A stretch of DNA of 64,000 nt, taken from the NCBI GenBank assembly GCA_951406725.2, contig OX597817.1, positions 61,566,001 to 61,630,000 of the forward strand. Direction: 5' to 3'. Positions 23,495-35,686 of this stretch are shown here, one piece after another (position 1 is the first letter of the stretch; each line of letters begins with the position of its first letter). This DNA comes from Octopus vulgaris (taxonomy: Eukaryota). A model generated the notes under the pieces. The model was not told the origin of the DNA. It did not search any database and was given only the letters and a program-made list of their open reading frames with translations. The translations under genes and the position numbers were made by a program.

Positions 23495-24215
23495 GGATCT
23501 TTTCTTTTTGAAGGCCAGATTTCAACACAATTTCTAGTTAAATCTTCGTATACTGGTAGAATGTGTCAAAAGGAAACATTATTTAATCATTTGCTGCATC
23601 TAAAACTGAGACAACATCCTGTAACTAACCCTCACCTCCTCCTAACACTAAATTTTTTTTCTTAATTGTTAAATTAATATAATTGTTACACGTGTAAAAA
23701 AAACTAAAGCAATGGAAAATAATTTAAACAATTAACATACAAAATAATTCTATAATTTTTATACACACGCTTTCCGTACGTATACGGAAAGCATGTGTTA
23801 TGGGAAGCGTGTGTATAAAAATTATAGAATTATTTTGTGTGTTATGGAAAGCGTGTGTATAAGAATTATAGAATTATTTTGTATGTTAATTGTTTAAATT
23901 ATTTTCCATTGCTTTAGTTTTTTTACACGTGTAACAATTAAGAAAAAAAAGTTTAGGGTTAGGGGGAGGTGAGGGTTAGTTACAGGATGTTGTCTCAGTT
24001 TTAGATGCAGCAAATGATTTTTGCTCAAAAGAGAGCATAGGATTGGTTAAAATTCGAAAAATTAAACTACGTTAAACAAATGAATTACAAATTTATCAAG
24101 AAAGCCAAGTGAAAATAATGTTTCCTTTTGACACATTCTACCAGTATACGAAGTTTTAAAGTGTTTAGTTAACTAGAAATTGTGTTAAAATCTGGCCTTC
24201 AAAAGGAAAAGATCC
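23495..24215. mobile_element. Almost fully palindromic MITE related to 17457-17890
   Basis: Termini ggatcttttc...gaaaagatcc. The two halves are reverse complements around a central hairpin at ~23763-23798. Confidence 0.85.
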
Positions 24216-24479
24216 CAAAAATTTTTTAATTATTTACTTTGCGTTTTATTTACTTTGTTCGAAAAATATTATTTAATTTGTGTAAAAAAATTATATACAT
24301 TGTTAAAAAACCCCCATTTTCTTTGATATGTATTCAGCCTTGAAATACAAACATACGCGCAAGTCGTTGTAGGATCGGCTACTTACGACTAGCTGTAAGC
24401 TAATGAAGTTCATAGCATAACTCTTTTTTTTTTTTTCATTTGACATTTCATTTTGTTATTGTGTGAGTGTGCACGCTCG

Positions 24480-24543
<64 letters not shown>

Positions 24544-24567
24544 TATCTATATATTTATATTCAAAAT

Positions 24568-24762
24568 GTGACCGCGTGTGTACCGTTGGCGATTTATTTT
24601 CCTGTGTCTTCCCTTCTCCTATGTTTCCAACGAAAAGCTCCGCTCGAAACGTTAAACCCTCCTTCTTTCCTGAGCATCCAATAATACTATATTTGTTCCA
24701 CGTCCTCGCGTTGTACTGTTTTTTTTGTGCTTTCTTGTTTGGATTAACTTTATATATTTATA
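24568..24762 (+). mobile_element. Penelope-like family 1 fragment with decayed hammerhead
   Basis: Homologous to 564-716; core CUGACGA is mutated to CCAACGA. Confidence 0.65.
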
Positions 24763-25152
24763 TAGCCAATAGTGAGGGATTATCGATCTGGCCAAAACAC
24801 TTCATAAGCTCTCTCTGTTGACCCACCAGGCTAACAATATTACTTAAATTAGTGAAGAACTCCAGGTAATCTTGTGGCACGGCCCAAAGTTATGGTTCAT
24901 CACAATTCTATATTGTAAATCCGTTGGCTCCAGATAAACTGGTTTTTGCACAGAATGATAAGATACAAGTTTGAAATGATGGTCATTACATATAATTCCC
25001 TTTCGTGAGCAAATTTGGCTTCCAACTGTTTCCAGTAGACATTATAGGTACATTACTGGTGGGTGTGCTTAATTGGTCACTTGATTAAGTGAGGCAAATT
25101 GAACGAACAAAGAAAATTACTGCTACTTTCATCAGAGCCATCTCTGAATATA

Positions 25153-25386
25153 TATTTCTTTACTACCCACAAGGGGCTAAACACAGAGGGGACAAACAAG
25201 GACAGACAAAGGGATTTAGTCGATTACATCGACCCCAGTGCGTAACTGGTACTTAATTTATCGACCCCGAAAGGATGAAAGGCAAAGTCGACCTCGGCGG
25301 AATTTGAACTCAGAACGTAACGACAGACGAAATATGGCTACGCATTTCGCCCAGCGTGCTAACGTTTCTGCCAGCTCGCTGCCTTC
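25153..25386 (-). mobile_element. SINE family A with 16-bp TSD
   Basis: TSD gccatctctgaatata at 25137-25152 and 25387-25402. Confidence 0.9.
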
Positions 25387-25744
25387 GCCATCTCTGAATA
25401 TAACAAGCAGAGAGCACTTGAGGAATGGCTATTGTGTGGAGAAGGTGGTGGAAAATGATGTTCATGTAGAATAGAGAACAGGAGAAGACAGGTTACAGAG
25501 GGGTGGGAGCAAGTAATGCAGTTGTACAGGAGTCACTTAGCAGAAGTAGGGTTATTGTATTGCCAAATTTGGAGGAGATAGTCTCAAGCATGGGTGAGCA
25601 CCCACTCCAGCAATTGTGTTGAAAGTTGATATGGGCCTTTCATGGATATAGGTCAGTCTAAAATAGTAAAATTCAGTTTTTAATCTAGCATTGTGGGAGA
25701 ATAATGTTAGAGAGTAAAATGATACTATCTTTATTCATAATAAA

Positions 25745-26677
25745 GAGGTCAAATCCTGTACACTATAGATCTCTATTGCAAGCAGACCTGGACACAATGC
25801 AGCAGTGGATCATGGACTGGCAACTCAAGCTGGCTGTGGACAAATGTACCACCATGCATTTTGGGAGGAGAAACCCAGCGTCCACCTACTCCCTCCACAA
25901 CACTAGTCTCAAAAGTCTTCATGTGAACGTGACCTGGGTGTTATTGTCGACAGTGATTTGCGTTGGACAAAACACATCGCTAAAATTGTCAAGAAGGCTG
26001 AGGGTGTCTTGGCATCACTCACCAAATCCTTTGTGAGCCGCTCTCCGGCTATCTATCTGCGGCTTTATATAGCTATGGTAAGACCTCACCTGGAATTTGC
26101 ATCACCGGTCTGGAACCCCTATCTTGCCCAGGATATCAATCGTCTGGAAGCTGTTCAGCGACGTGCAACCAAAAGAATACCCTCCATCAGGCATTAGCCA
26201 TATCCTGAATGCCTTACTTCCCTGGGCATGGACACATTGAAACTCCGACGTCTGGCAGCTGACTTGGCAGACACCCATAAAATTATCAACCATCGTACAA
26301 ACAATAACTCTGAGCACCTTTTCAAACTCCACCCATCTAACACCCGTGGACATATTTACAAAGTCAGAAAACAGCACAGCTCCCATGACTTCAGGAAACA
26401 TTTTTTCACGCTGAGAGTTGCTGAAGCATGGAACAAACTGCCGGCATCAGTTGTTAGTTGTCGGAGCACTGCATCCTTCAAAACTTCCATGCTTTCTGAG
26501 ATTCCCCAACACTACACCTGATTTTCTCCCCTCCATACACACACAGGCATGTATCTGACTCATACATTGTTCGCTTTCCAGACATTTTTACATTACTGCA
26601 TGTACTTTATATGCACTTTCTGACAAGTTGTGGTGCACCTGAGCACTGTATACAATAATCTCATTATTATATTATTA
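25745..26677 (+). mobile_element. 5'-truncated CR1-clade LINE (RT C-terminus and 3'UTR)
   Basis: LQADLD..QQW..DWQL....DKC; RDLGVIVDSDL; LY.AMVRPHLEFASPVWNPY...DINRLEAVQRRATK; TRGH..K...RKHFFT.RV..AWNKLP. Frameshift and stop present; (ATT)n tail. Confidence 0.9.
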
Positions 26678-27032
26678 TATTGGAGAGGTCAGGAAAGGCT
26701 CTCATCATCAGGATATAAATATTGATTGATTGAGAGATATTGTTACAAATGGGGTGATATCAAGTTGTTGAAAATTAGATGTCAATGCTGGTTGAGCTGG
26801 TTATACAGGTTTTAAAATTTAAATTGATAAAAGAGGTAGGATTTAAATTTTAACTAAAGTTGAAGTTACTAAAATTAGCATTAAGGTAAACTAAGTTATA
26901 GAAGATTGGAGTAAACTTGCAGAGTGATGTGTTATATAAAAAAAAAAAAATTATGATGAAGGTGACAGCATCAACAACAATAATATCAATAACAATAAGA
27001 AAATCCTTCCAAAATAATAACAGAAATAACAA

Positions 27033-27257
27033 TACCTATTTCTTTATTACCCACAAGGGGCTAAACATAGGGGGGACAAACAAGGACAGACATAGGTATT
27101 AAGTCGATTACATCGACCCAGTGTGTAACTGGTACTTAATTTATCGACACCGAAAGGACGAAAGGCAAAGTCGACCTCGGCGGAATTTGAACCCACAACG
27201 TAACGACAGACGAAATACGGCTATGCATTTTACCCGACATGCTAACGTTTCTGCCAG
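27033..27257 (-). mobile_element. SINE family A
   Basis: Reverse complement of the 23127 element. Confidence 0.85.
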
Positions 27258-27494
27258 AATACCAATAACCATGGGGTCATAATGATAGAAGGGTACAGGT
27301 TTCAATACTGGATGAAAGCAACAAATTAAAGTTAAGATAAAATATTAAAATCTTAAAAGAATAAAACGGGATAAATAAAATAGTTTAAAAATTTTTTTAG
27401 TCTTAAAAATGTTTTAAGATATTTTAAACCCACGGAAATATATACATCCACACACGTATATATGTTATGTAAACACACACACACACACATATAA

Positions 27495-27719
27495 CTTTTA
27501 TCTTTTGCTTGTTTCAGTCATATGACTGGCCATGCTGGGGCACCACCTTGAATTTTTAATCCAATGGATCAACTGCAGTACTTTTTTTTAAGCCTGGTAC
27601 TTATTCTTTCAGTCTCTTTTGCTGAACCACTAAGTTATGGAGACATAAACAAACTAAGACCAGTTGTCAAGTGGTGATGGGGGGGAGGGAAGCACAGATT
27701 CAAAGATGCACACACATAG

Positions 27720-27754
<35 letters not shown>

Positions 27755-28172
27755 ATAATAAATAAATAAAACATATGCATATCTACATATATGTATGTAC
27801 CTACCTCTACATGTATATATACATGCATATATGGGTACAGGACACCAAAAAAACGTCGAACACAATGAGAAACGAAAACATAAACACAAAACCAAGGAAA
27901 TAGACATTTTTTTTAAACAACGAAAAAATAGAGTACAGGACAAATAACACAAGGAAAATTTCCCTTCTTCAGTCGCCATGGTTTCATCTACTCTGCGTTT
28001 CGAAGGTCACGACAGGCTTCTTTCAGTTTCTGTCTAGCAAATCCACTCACAAGGCTTTGGTCAGCCCAAGGTTATAGTAGAAAACATTTGCCTAAGGTGC
28101 CATGCTGTGGAACTGAACCTAAAACCATGTGGTTGGGAAGCAAGCTTCTTACAACACAGTCACTCATGCACC
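27495..28172 (-). mobile_element. SINE family B interrupted by a Penelope-like fragment
   Basis: SINE tail 27495-27715 and head 28013-28172 are separated by an insert in the internal TA tract. Confidence 0.75.
27752..28012 (-). mobile_element. Penelope-like family 2 fragment
   Basis: Reverse complement of ~5042-5298. Confidence 0.75.
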
Positions 28173-28187
28173 TATATATATATATAC

Positions 28188-28221
<34 letters not shown>

Positions 28222-28454
28222 CATTATCATCATCATTTAACGTCCCTTTTCCATGCTGGCATGGGTTGGACAGTTTGACTGGAGCTGGTAAGGCTGGGAG
28301 CCACATCTGGCTCCATTGTCTGTTCTGGCATGGTTTCTACTTTACAGAATGTACTGGGTGCTTTTTGTGTGGTACCAGCATTTATTTATATACAAACATT
28401 TATTTATATATATGTGTACATGTATGTATGTGTATATGTATGGGTGTGTATATC

Positions 28455-28604
28455 GCTGTGTGGTAAGAAGCTTACTTCCCAATAACATGGTTCCGGGTTC
28501 AGTCCCACTGCATGGCACCTTAGGCAAGTGTCTTCTACTATAGCCTTGGGCCAACCAAAGCCTTGTGAGTGGATTTGGTAGATGGAAACTGAAAGAAGCC
28601 CATA

Positions 28605-28650
<46 letters not shown>

Positions 28651-28800
28651 TTGTGTGTCTATGTTTGACCCCCACCATTGCTTGACCACCGATATTAACA
28701 TGTTTATGCTCCTGTAACTTAGCAGTTCAGCAAAAGAGACCGATAGAGTAAGTAATGGGCTTACAAAGAATAAGCCCTTGGATCAATTTGTTTGACTTTA
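28455..28800 (+). mobile_element. SINE family B
   Basis: Matches 15745-16115. Confidence 0.85.
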
Positions 28801-29021
28801 AGTTCGGTTTTCCTGTTGTATTGTCATATCTGTGTATGAGTGTGTATGTGTGTATATATATATATTTAAATAGATATATATTTATGCATATATAAGTGTA
28901 TTCAATATATGCACATGTGTTTGGAATTCACCCACACACTTCACCCTACTGAAGACAGAAAATAAATGTATGGGGATTAATAGTTTCACATGATGATATA
29001 TATATATATATATATGTATAT

Positions 29022-31211
29022 ATCATCATCATCATCATCATCATCATTTAGCGTCCACTTTCCATGCTAGCATAGGTTGGACGGTTCAACTGGGGTCTGT
29101 GAAACCAGAAGGCTGCATCAGGCCCAGTCTGATCTGGCAGTGTTTCTACGGCTGGATGCCCTTCCTAACGCCAACCACTCCGTGAGTGTAGTGGGTGCTT
29201 TTTACGTGCCACCTGCACAGGTGCCAGTTGGAGCTGGCAAACGGCCACGGACGGATGGTGCTTTTTACGTGTCACCGACACGGGGGCCAGGCGAGGCTGG
29301 CAATGGCCACGAACAGATGGTTCTTTTACGTGCCACCGGCACGGGGGCCAGGCGAGGCTGGCAACGGCCATGAACGGATGGTGCTACGTGCCACTGGCAC
29401 GGGGGCCAGGTGAGGCTGGCAATGGACACGAACGGATGGTGCTTTTACGTGCCACCAGCACAGAGGCCAGTCGGGGCGGCACTGGCAACGGCCACGATCG
29501 GATGGTTCGCTTACTTGTCACCGGCACTGGTACCACAGCTGCAATTTCCATTGATGTTGATCGACTTCGATTTTGGTTCTGCGTTCTGATATCGGATTTG
29601 ATTTGGTTTCATTTTGATTTTCACTTGCCTCAACGGGTCTTCACAAGTGGATTTTGTGTCCCAAGAAGGAAAGGTATGTAGGCCACAGGTTATGTTCTCA
29701 CTAGTCTTGCCGGGTCTTCTCACGCACAGCATACTTCCATAGGTCTCGGTCTCTAGTCATTTCCTTGGTGAGACCTAAAGTTCGAAGGTTGTGCTTCACC
29801 ACCTCGTCCCAGGTTTTCCTGGGTCTACCTCTTCCACAGGTTCCCTCAACTGCTAGGGTGTGGAACTTTTGTAGTGTTTCACTACCATGTAGCATGGCTG
29901 TACGTACACATGCATCATACAGTCTGCCTTTTACTCTGAGCGAGAGGCCTTTTGTCACTAGCAGGGGTAAGAGCTCTCTAAACTTTGCCCAGGCTATTCT
30001 TACTCTAGCAGTTACACTTTCAGCACACCCACCCCAGCTACTGACTTAGTCACCTAGGTAGCGGAAGCTATCAACTACTTCTAGTTTTTCTCCCTGGAAC
30101 GTGGTAGAAGTTGGTCTCTGCACATTTTCAGTGTTTATTGCTCCTGAGCATCTGCCACAGATAAAAACTATTTTCCTAGTTAGCCTTCCTTTGACATTGC
30201 TGCACCTCTTATGTGTCCATAGCTTACACTTGGTGCACCTTATAGAGTTTCTACCTACGCCTTTTTCACAAATCGAGCAGGGCCATCTACCTGAAGGCAT
30301 TTGTGATTGGTCTACCTTCCTACTTATTAGGACTTTGGTTTTGGCTAGGTTGATTCTAAGGCCCTTCGATTCTAAACTTTGCTTCCACACCTGAAACTTC
30401 TCCTCCAGTTCTGATAGTGACTCAGCAATTAGAGCAAGGTCATCAGCATAGAGGAGCTCCCAGGGGCATCCTGTCTTGAATTCCTCCGTTATTGCCTAGA
30501 GGACTATGATAAATAGGAGGGGACTGAGGACTGAACCTTGGTGGACCCCAACCTCTACCCGGAATTCTTCACTCTACTTGTTGCCAACCCTCACCTTACT
30601 AGCAGCGTCTCTGTACATGGCTCGCACAGCTCTCACTAACCATTCATCTATCCCTAGTTTCCTCATTGACCACCAGATAAGGGATCGGGGGACCCTGTCG
30701 AAGGCTTTCTCCATATCAACAAAAGCCAGGTACAGGTGCTTATCTTTGGCTAGGTATTTCTCCTGCAGCTGTCTTACCAGGAATATAGCATCAGTAGTAC
30801 TTTTCCCTAGCACGAACCCAAACTGCATCTCATCTAAGCTAACTCTCTCTCTAATTAGTTGGGCTATAACCCTCTCCGTGACCTTCATTACCTGATCCAG
30901 CAGCTTGATACCCCTGTAGTTATTTGTATCTAGAACGTCACCTTTACTTTTGTAGCAGTTGGCTATTATGCTGCTACACCAGTCATTGGGTATGACTCCT
31001 TCGTGTATCACCTGGTTAACTATATGGGTGACTAGGCTATAGCCAGCACTACCAGATATTTTGAGCATCTCTGCAGTAATTCCTAATGGGCCAGGGGCTT
31101 TCCTTGTTTTCATGCTTGTAATTGCCTTAACTACTAAGGAACTGTCAACTCGGATTGCTGGTCCCTCTGTTGGGTCGACATTCAGCAGACTCTCTTTATC
31201 CCATTCATTTT
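29022..31211 (-). mobile_element. 5'-truncated RTE-clade LINE (disabled reverse transcriptase, Cys-rich insert, repeat-containing 3'UTR)
   Basis: KAPGP.GI..EMLK, NYRGIKLL, QFGF..GKSTTDAIF.VRQLQEK, AFVDMEKAFDRVPR, GVHQGSVLSPLLF, PWELLYADDL (~30440-30451), RGRPRKTW. In-frame stops; (ATG)n tail. Confidence 0.92.
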
Positions 31212-31212
31212 C

Positions 31213-31400
31213 ATATATATTATATAAAATCTGTTTTGTCTGTCTGTCTGCGTGTGTGTCTTCTAGGATCTTGGGCATCCTCCATCCAATTGCGCACAAA
31301 TTTGATATGTAGACACTGATGGTATCAGGATGTGTATAAGTCTTGAAAAAATTACAAGAATCGATTCCAGGTGAGAATGCAATCGATAAAGCCGTGGGAA
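31213..31400 (+). mobile_element. Helitron-like 5' segment
   Basis: tatatattatataaaatctgttttgtctgtctgtctgcgtgtgtg...ccaattgcgcacaaatttg resembles the 5' part of 5745-6129. No clear 3' hairpin found. Confidence 0.45.
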
Positions 31401-32088
31401 TGTGTATTTGTACGCGCAAGTACATCAGCTGTTGCCACTAGCTTTTCCATGCCCTTGAAATCCTGTAAAGTAAGTTAGCTTAAAATTAGTTACTTAGTTC
31501 CCTAGGTTGTTTGCTTTTCATAAAAAATCGCCCCAAGTTGATTTCCTACATGTTTTATCGGATAAACTTGTTATTGTCCCAGGTACGTTCTCATAAATTC
31601 ATCATGCTTTTCCATCTAGATTTACCTCCAGCTAACCCATTTGAATGCATCGTTTTTGTCCTGCTTTTCTTCTGTCAACCTGTACATAACTGCACCTTCC
31701 ATTTTTTGTTGTTTTTGTACCGCTTAAAGGCACGTTTCTTTCCTGCCAAGCTTACTGTTTAAACATGTTTGAGTCCTCCCAGTCAACAGCCTTATCATTA
31801 CTGGTACTTTAAACTCTTCGGTTGCATATTTGTGTGAATAAAATCATTTTTCTTTGGAATAGAAAAAAGTCTATCTTTATTTCTTCTTTTGCTGGTGTCT
31901 CAAATTTAGGTTAAATCAGTGTTTCTCAGAGGGGAGGCCTATGGGACGGTCGGACAAGTTGTTTTGAGAAAATTTGGTTTAAATATTTGACAACTCAGCA
32001 TCGTCCATTGGACAGGGGGTGTTTTGCTCATATATATATATATATATGTGTGTGTGTTTGTATATATATATATATATATATATATAAA

Positions 32089-33372
32089 TCATCATCATCA
32101 TCATAATTTAACATTTATTGTCCATGCTGGCATGGGTTGGACGGTTTGACCCAGAGTTGTTAAGCTGTGTAATGGGTGTTTTTACATGTCACTGGAAGGG
32201 TTTCCAGATGCCTCCATGACGTCCTATGCTCAACAGGTGCATTTTGCATGCTACTGGCATTGCTTCCATGACACCCAGTACTCGACAGGTGTATTTTACA
32301 TGCCACCAGCACAGGTGCCAATTATGTGACACTTGCATCGGCCATGACTACAATCTCACTTGGCTTGATGGGTCTTCCCAAGCACAGCATATCACCAAAG
32401 CTCTCAGTCGCTAGTCATTGCCCCCGTTAGGCCCAACATTCGAAGATCAAGCTTCACCACCTCATCCCATGTCTTCCTGGGTCTACCTCTTCCACAGGAT
32501 CCCTCCACAGTTAGAGATTGGCATTTCTTGCATAGCTGTCCTCGTCCATACTCATGACCATTATCAGTGCAGTTGTCTCCCTTGCACGCCACATCTGATG
32601 CCTTTTATGCCCAACTTTTCTCTTGAGATGCTTACACTCTGACGTACATGCTCACTGTCATTGCACATCCAGCAGAGCATACAAGCTTCATTTCTTTTGA
32701 GCCAACGCATGTCCTCAGTGGTTACAACCCATGTTTCACTGCCATGTAGCACAGCTGTTTGCACACAGGTTTCATATATGTGTGTGTGTGTGATCATCAT
32801 CATCATCATCTGTAGCAGTAACATTTAACATCTGCTTTCCATGCTGGCATGGGTTGGATGGTTTGACAGGAGCTAACCACCCGGAGGCCTGTCCAAACTA
32901 CAAATTGTCTGTTGTGGCATGGTTTCTACAGCTAGATGCCCTTCCTAATGCTAACCACTTTGCAGAGTGTGCGTTTATGTGCCACTGGCATGGGTGCACC
33001 TATTCAGCACCAGCAGAGGTGCACCTTACGTGGCAGCAGCTCCAGTGAAGGAGGAGCCTGTATGGATGGATGACAGTGATCTTCCTTGGCTTGATGAGTC
33101 TTCTCAAGCAAAACAGACATGTCATGCGGAGTAAAATCACCATCATGGTTACTCAGCCTACTAGAAACAACAACCAAATCTTACATATATTGGCATTATG
33201 TTGTGCTTGGGAAGAAGACCCGTCAAGCTGAGCAAAATGGCAGTTGTGGCATCAGTCCTGGTGTTACACAAATTGGCACATATGCCAGTGGCACATAAAT
33301 GCACCCAAGCATCATGCAAATGGCACCCATTCTGGTGACACATAAAAGCACCTATTACACTCTCGGAGTGGT
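32089..33372. mobile_element. Three decayed fragments of the RTE family
   Basis: (CAT)n-ccatgctggcatgggttgga motif at ~32089 and ~32793; GRGRPRKTWDEVVK and AVLHGSETW peptides on the minus strand; opposite-orientation piece at ~33190-33372. Confidence 0.75.
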
Positions 33373-33535
33373 CAGCTTTTCTATCGAATGGGAACTAATT
33401 AGTATTGCTAGCCTTATCACGTAGAGAGAAATAGATGTGACTTATATGTTAAATATTTTCATCAAAACACACATTAATTAATACAAGACACAAACAAGCC
33501 CTGAGATGTTTACACAAACACAGTTGAACCTTTAA

Positions 33536-33755
33536 CCCTTTCAATACCAACCCGACTGAAACCACCTCTGGCTCTGTTGTACAAATGTCTTGTTTTCATA
33601 AGTTTTGAATTAAAGTCTCCCACCAAACCTAAGTCACAATTTATGTTCCTAACACTAGCTGAATGATAACTAAGTTATTTTACTAAATTCTTTGTTATAT
33701 TTGGAATTAATTGAACCCAACACAGAATCTCAAAATAAATACGGTAACGAAAGGG
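33536..33755. mobile_element. piggyBac-like MITE
   Basis: TTAA on both sides (33532-33535, 33756-33759). TIRs ccctttcaatacc / ggtaacgaaaggg (11 of 13 match). Confidence 0.8.
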
Positions 33756-34388
33756 TTAAGGGATATAGGGATAATTCTAGATAGCCAATGCCGCAGAAAC
33801 AATTCATCTCAGTAGACTGCTGAAATGAATTGATAAGCCCACATATAACATCCAAACATACATCTTTTTTACCTGTGATGAAATGTCACATAAATGTAAA
33901 TTTAATGTACTAATTTGTAATTAAACTATTGTGTATTAATTAAAACAGCTGCAAGAAGCGAAGATGACCAATTTGTGGTTAATAATAAACAATTATTAAC
34001 TTCCTAATTTCCATTTTCTTTTAAATGAATATAAACTATATGCTTTGTATATACCTATTGTTTTAAGGGAATTTCTTTCCCCCAAAATACTAGGTATTGA
34101 ACCAGTATTTCCTTGGATGTAACCATCCCTTTATGAGGTTAACATATCCTCTAATTAGAGATATATATATCTATGTTTTTGAGTCTATGTTTGTTCCTTA
34201 CCACCTCTTGGCAACTGGTGTTGGTGTGTTTACATCCCCATAAGTTAATGGTTTGACAAGAGACCAATAGAATAATTATCAGACTTTTAAAATAAAGTAC
34301 TGGGCTCGATTCCTTCGACCCAAGATTCTTCAAAGCAGTGCCCCAACATGGTCGCAGTCTAATGACAGAAAAATGTAAAAGACAATAT

Positions 34389-34444
<56 letters not shown>

Positions 34445-34547
34445 CGGAGTAAACACATAAATGTGAAACAAGGTGGAAAAAAGAGTACTCAAATACCAGT
34501 GGTAGAGTAATATGCTTTATTTTAAGCAGCAGAAAAATCAACAAAAT

Positions 34548-34585
34548 CTGTTACTCTGAGTTTCTCGTTGCCGTTCATCAGACAG
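34548..34585 (-). ncRNA. Minimal hammerhead ribozyme
   Basis: Exact reverse complement of 35175-35212. Confidence 0.7.
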
Positions 34586-35174
34586 TTTTTGCTAGAATGG
34601 AACATATATATTAATTCAATCTATACTCTTACAAACGCTACACCTTTAAAAAGAAATGGACTTGTTTGATTGGCCCTTTAGAAAAAAAACGGTCAATCTT
34701 CGAGCGATAAACAAAAAGGTCAAAAATATATGTATATATATATAAAAACTTATAAAAATTATAAAATCCGAGGAAAATACCGAGGAAAAAAACCTGTTGC
34801 CGTTAATGAAGACAGTACAAATTAATGCATAGAAATTAAACCTGTTATAAATACTGCAATACATATTTATATTAAAATCCACATATATATATCAACATAC
34901 ACAAAAGGATGCGCGTAAACGCCATACATACATATACAGACGTATGAATATGAATCTAAAATATACACATAAAAGCATGTGTACATATATTCACGCAAAC
35001 CGTCTCGCACGCAAGCTAAAATTCATCTATGTAGCAATTCTCATATACTGAGCAAGGAGGGGGAACGAAAGAAAGGGAAAGAGAGAAAAAAAGAAACGGA
35101 GGAGGGGTGAGGGGAAAAAAAAAAAAAAAAAAAAAAAAGATTGAATTAATATATATGTTCCATTCTAGCAAAAA

Positions 35175-35212
35175 CTGTCTGATGAACGGCAACGAGAAAC
35201 TCAGAGTAACAG
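35175..35212 (+). ncRNA. Minimal hammerhead ribozyme
   Basis: CUGU-CUGAUGA-ACG(gcaa)CGA-GAA-ACUCAGAGU-A-ACAG. Stem I CUGU/ACAG (extendable), short stem II with GCAA loop, near-palindromic stem III, GUA triplet. Confidence 0.7.
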
Positions 35213-35613
35213 ATTTTGTTGATTTTTCTGCTGCTTAAAATAAAGTATATATATATATATATATATATATATCTAATGTAGGATAAAATTTTTTTCGAAA
35301 AAAATTCTTTACGAAAAAAATTTTATCAATGGCCAGCATATTAAAAAATACCTTTAAAGGTTAAAATTATAAACAATTCATAAGTATTTATGAATTATAT
35401 ATATATATATATATATACACTTATCTATATATTTAGGGCTAAACCACTAGGTGGATAACCAATATGCTAGAAGAAGATCACATACGATCTAACTACAAAG
35501 AATATATACATATATTGAAATTTTTTTGATTTTTCAGATTTTTTTATATGCTCGGCTAGTGGTTTTTAATTGATATTAATTAAATTAATATTTGATTTAT
35601 CTCCCTCATTATT

Positions 35614-35648
<35 letters not shown>

Positions 35649-35650
35649 AA

Positions 35651-35686
<36 letters not shown>

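Larger units (their letters stand above)
23112..24393. mobile_element. Third related TIR element, interrupted and right-truncated
   Basis: Left end ggtactactagcgaa...agctagtcgtaagtagtcgatcctacaac. Partial right TIR at 24352-24393. Hosts a SINE and a palindromic MITE. Confidence 0.7.
34441..35247. mobile_element. Penelope-like element with inverted pseudo-LTRs (family 3)
   Basis: 108-bp inverted repeat 34515-34622 / 35138-35245, each arm carrying a hammerhead; embedded in (TA)n. Confidence 0.75.

Noticed and set aside
29190-29530. Repeat array resembling CRISPR
   Set aside because: The units are contiguous with no unique spacers and lie in a LINE 3'UTR in eukaryotic DNA.
30574-31425. 283-aa ORF as an intact gene
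   Set aside because: Chimeric: the N-terminus reads through a Helitron-like segment into a truncated, stop-containing RTE RT.
31400-31920. Possible minus-strand exons (branch point/acceptor near 31464, donor near 31625)
   Set aside because: The joined frames hit stops quickly and give no recognisable protein.
35465-35495. ctagaagaagatc...gatctaac as a hammerhead
   Set aside because: A hairpin is present but there is no GAAA box or cleavage helix.
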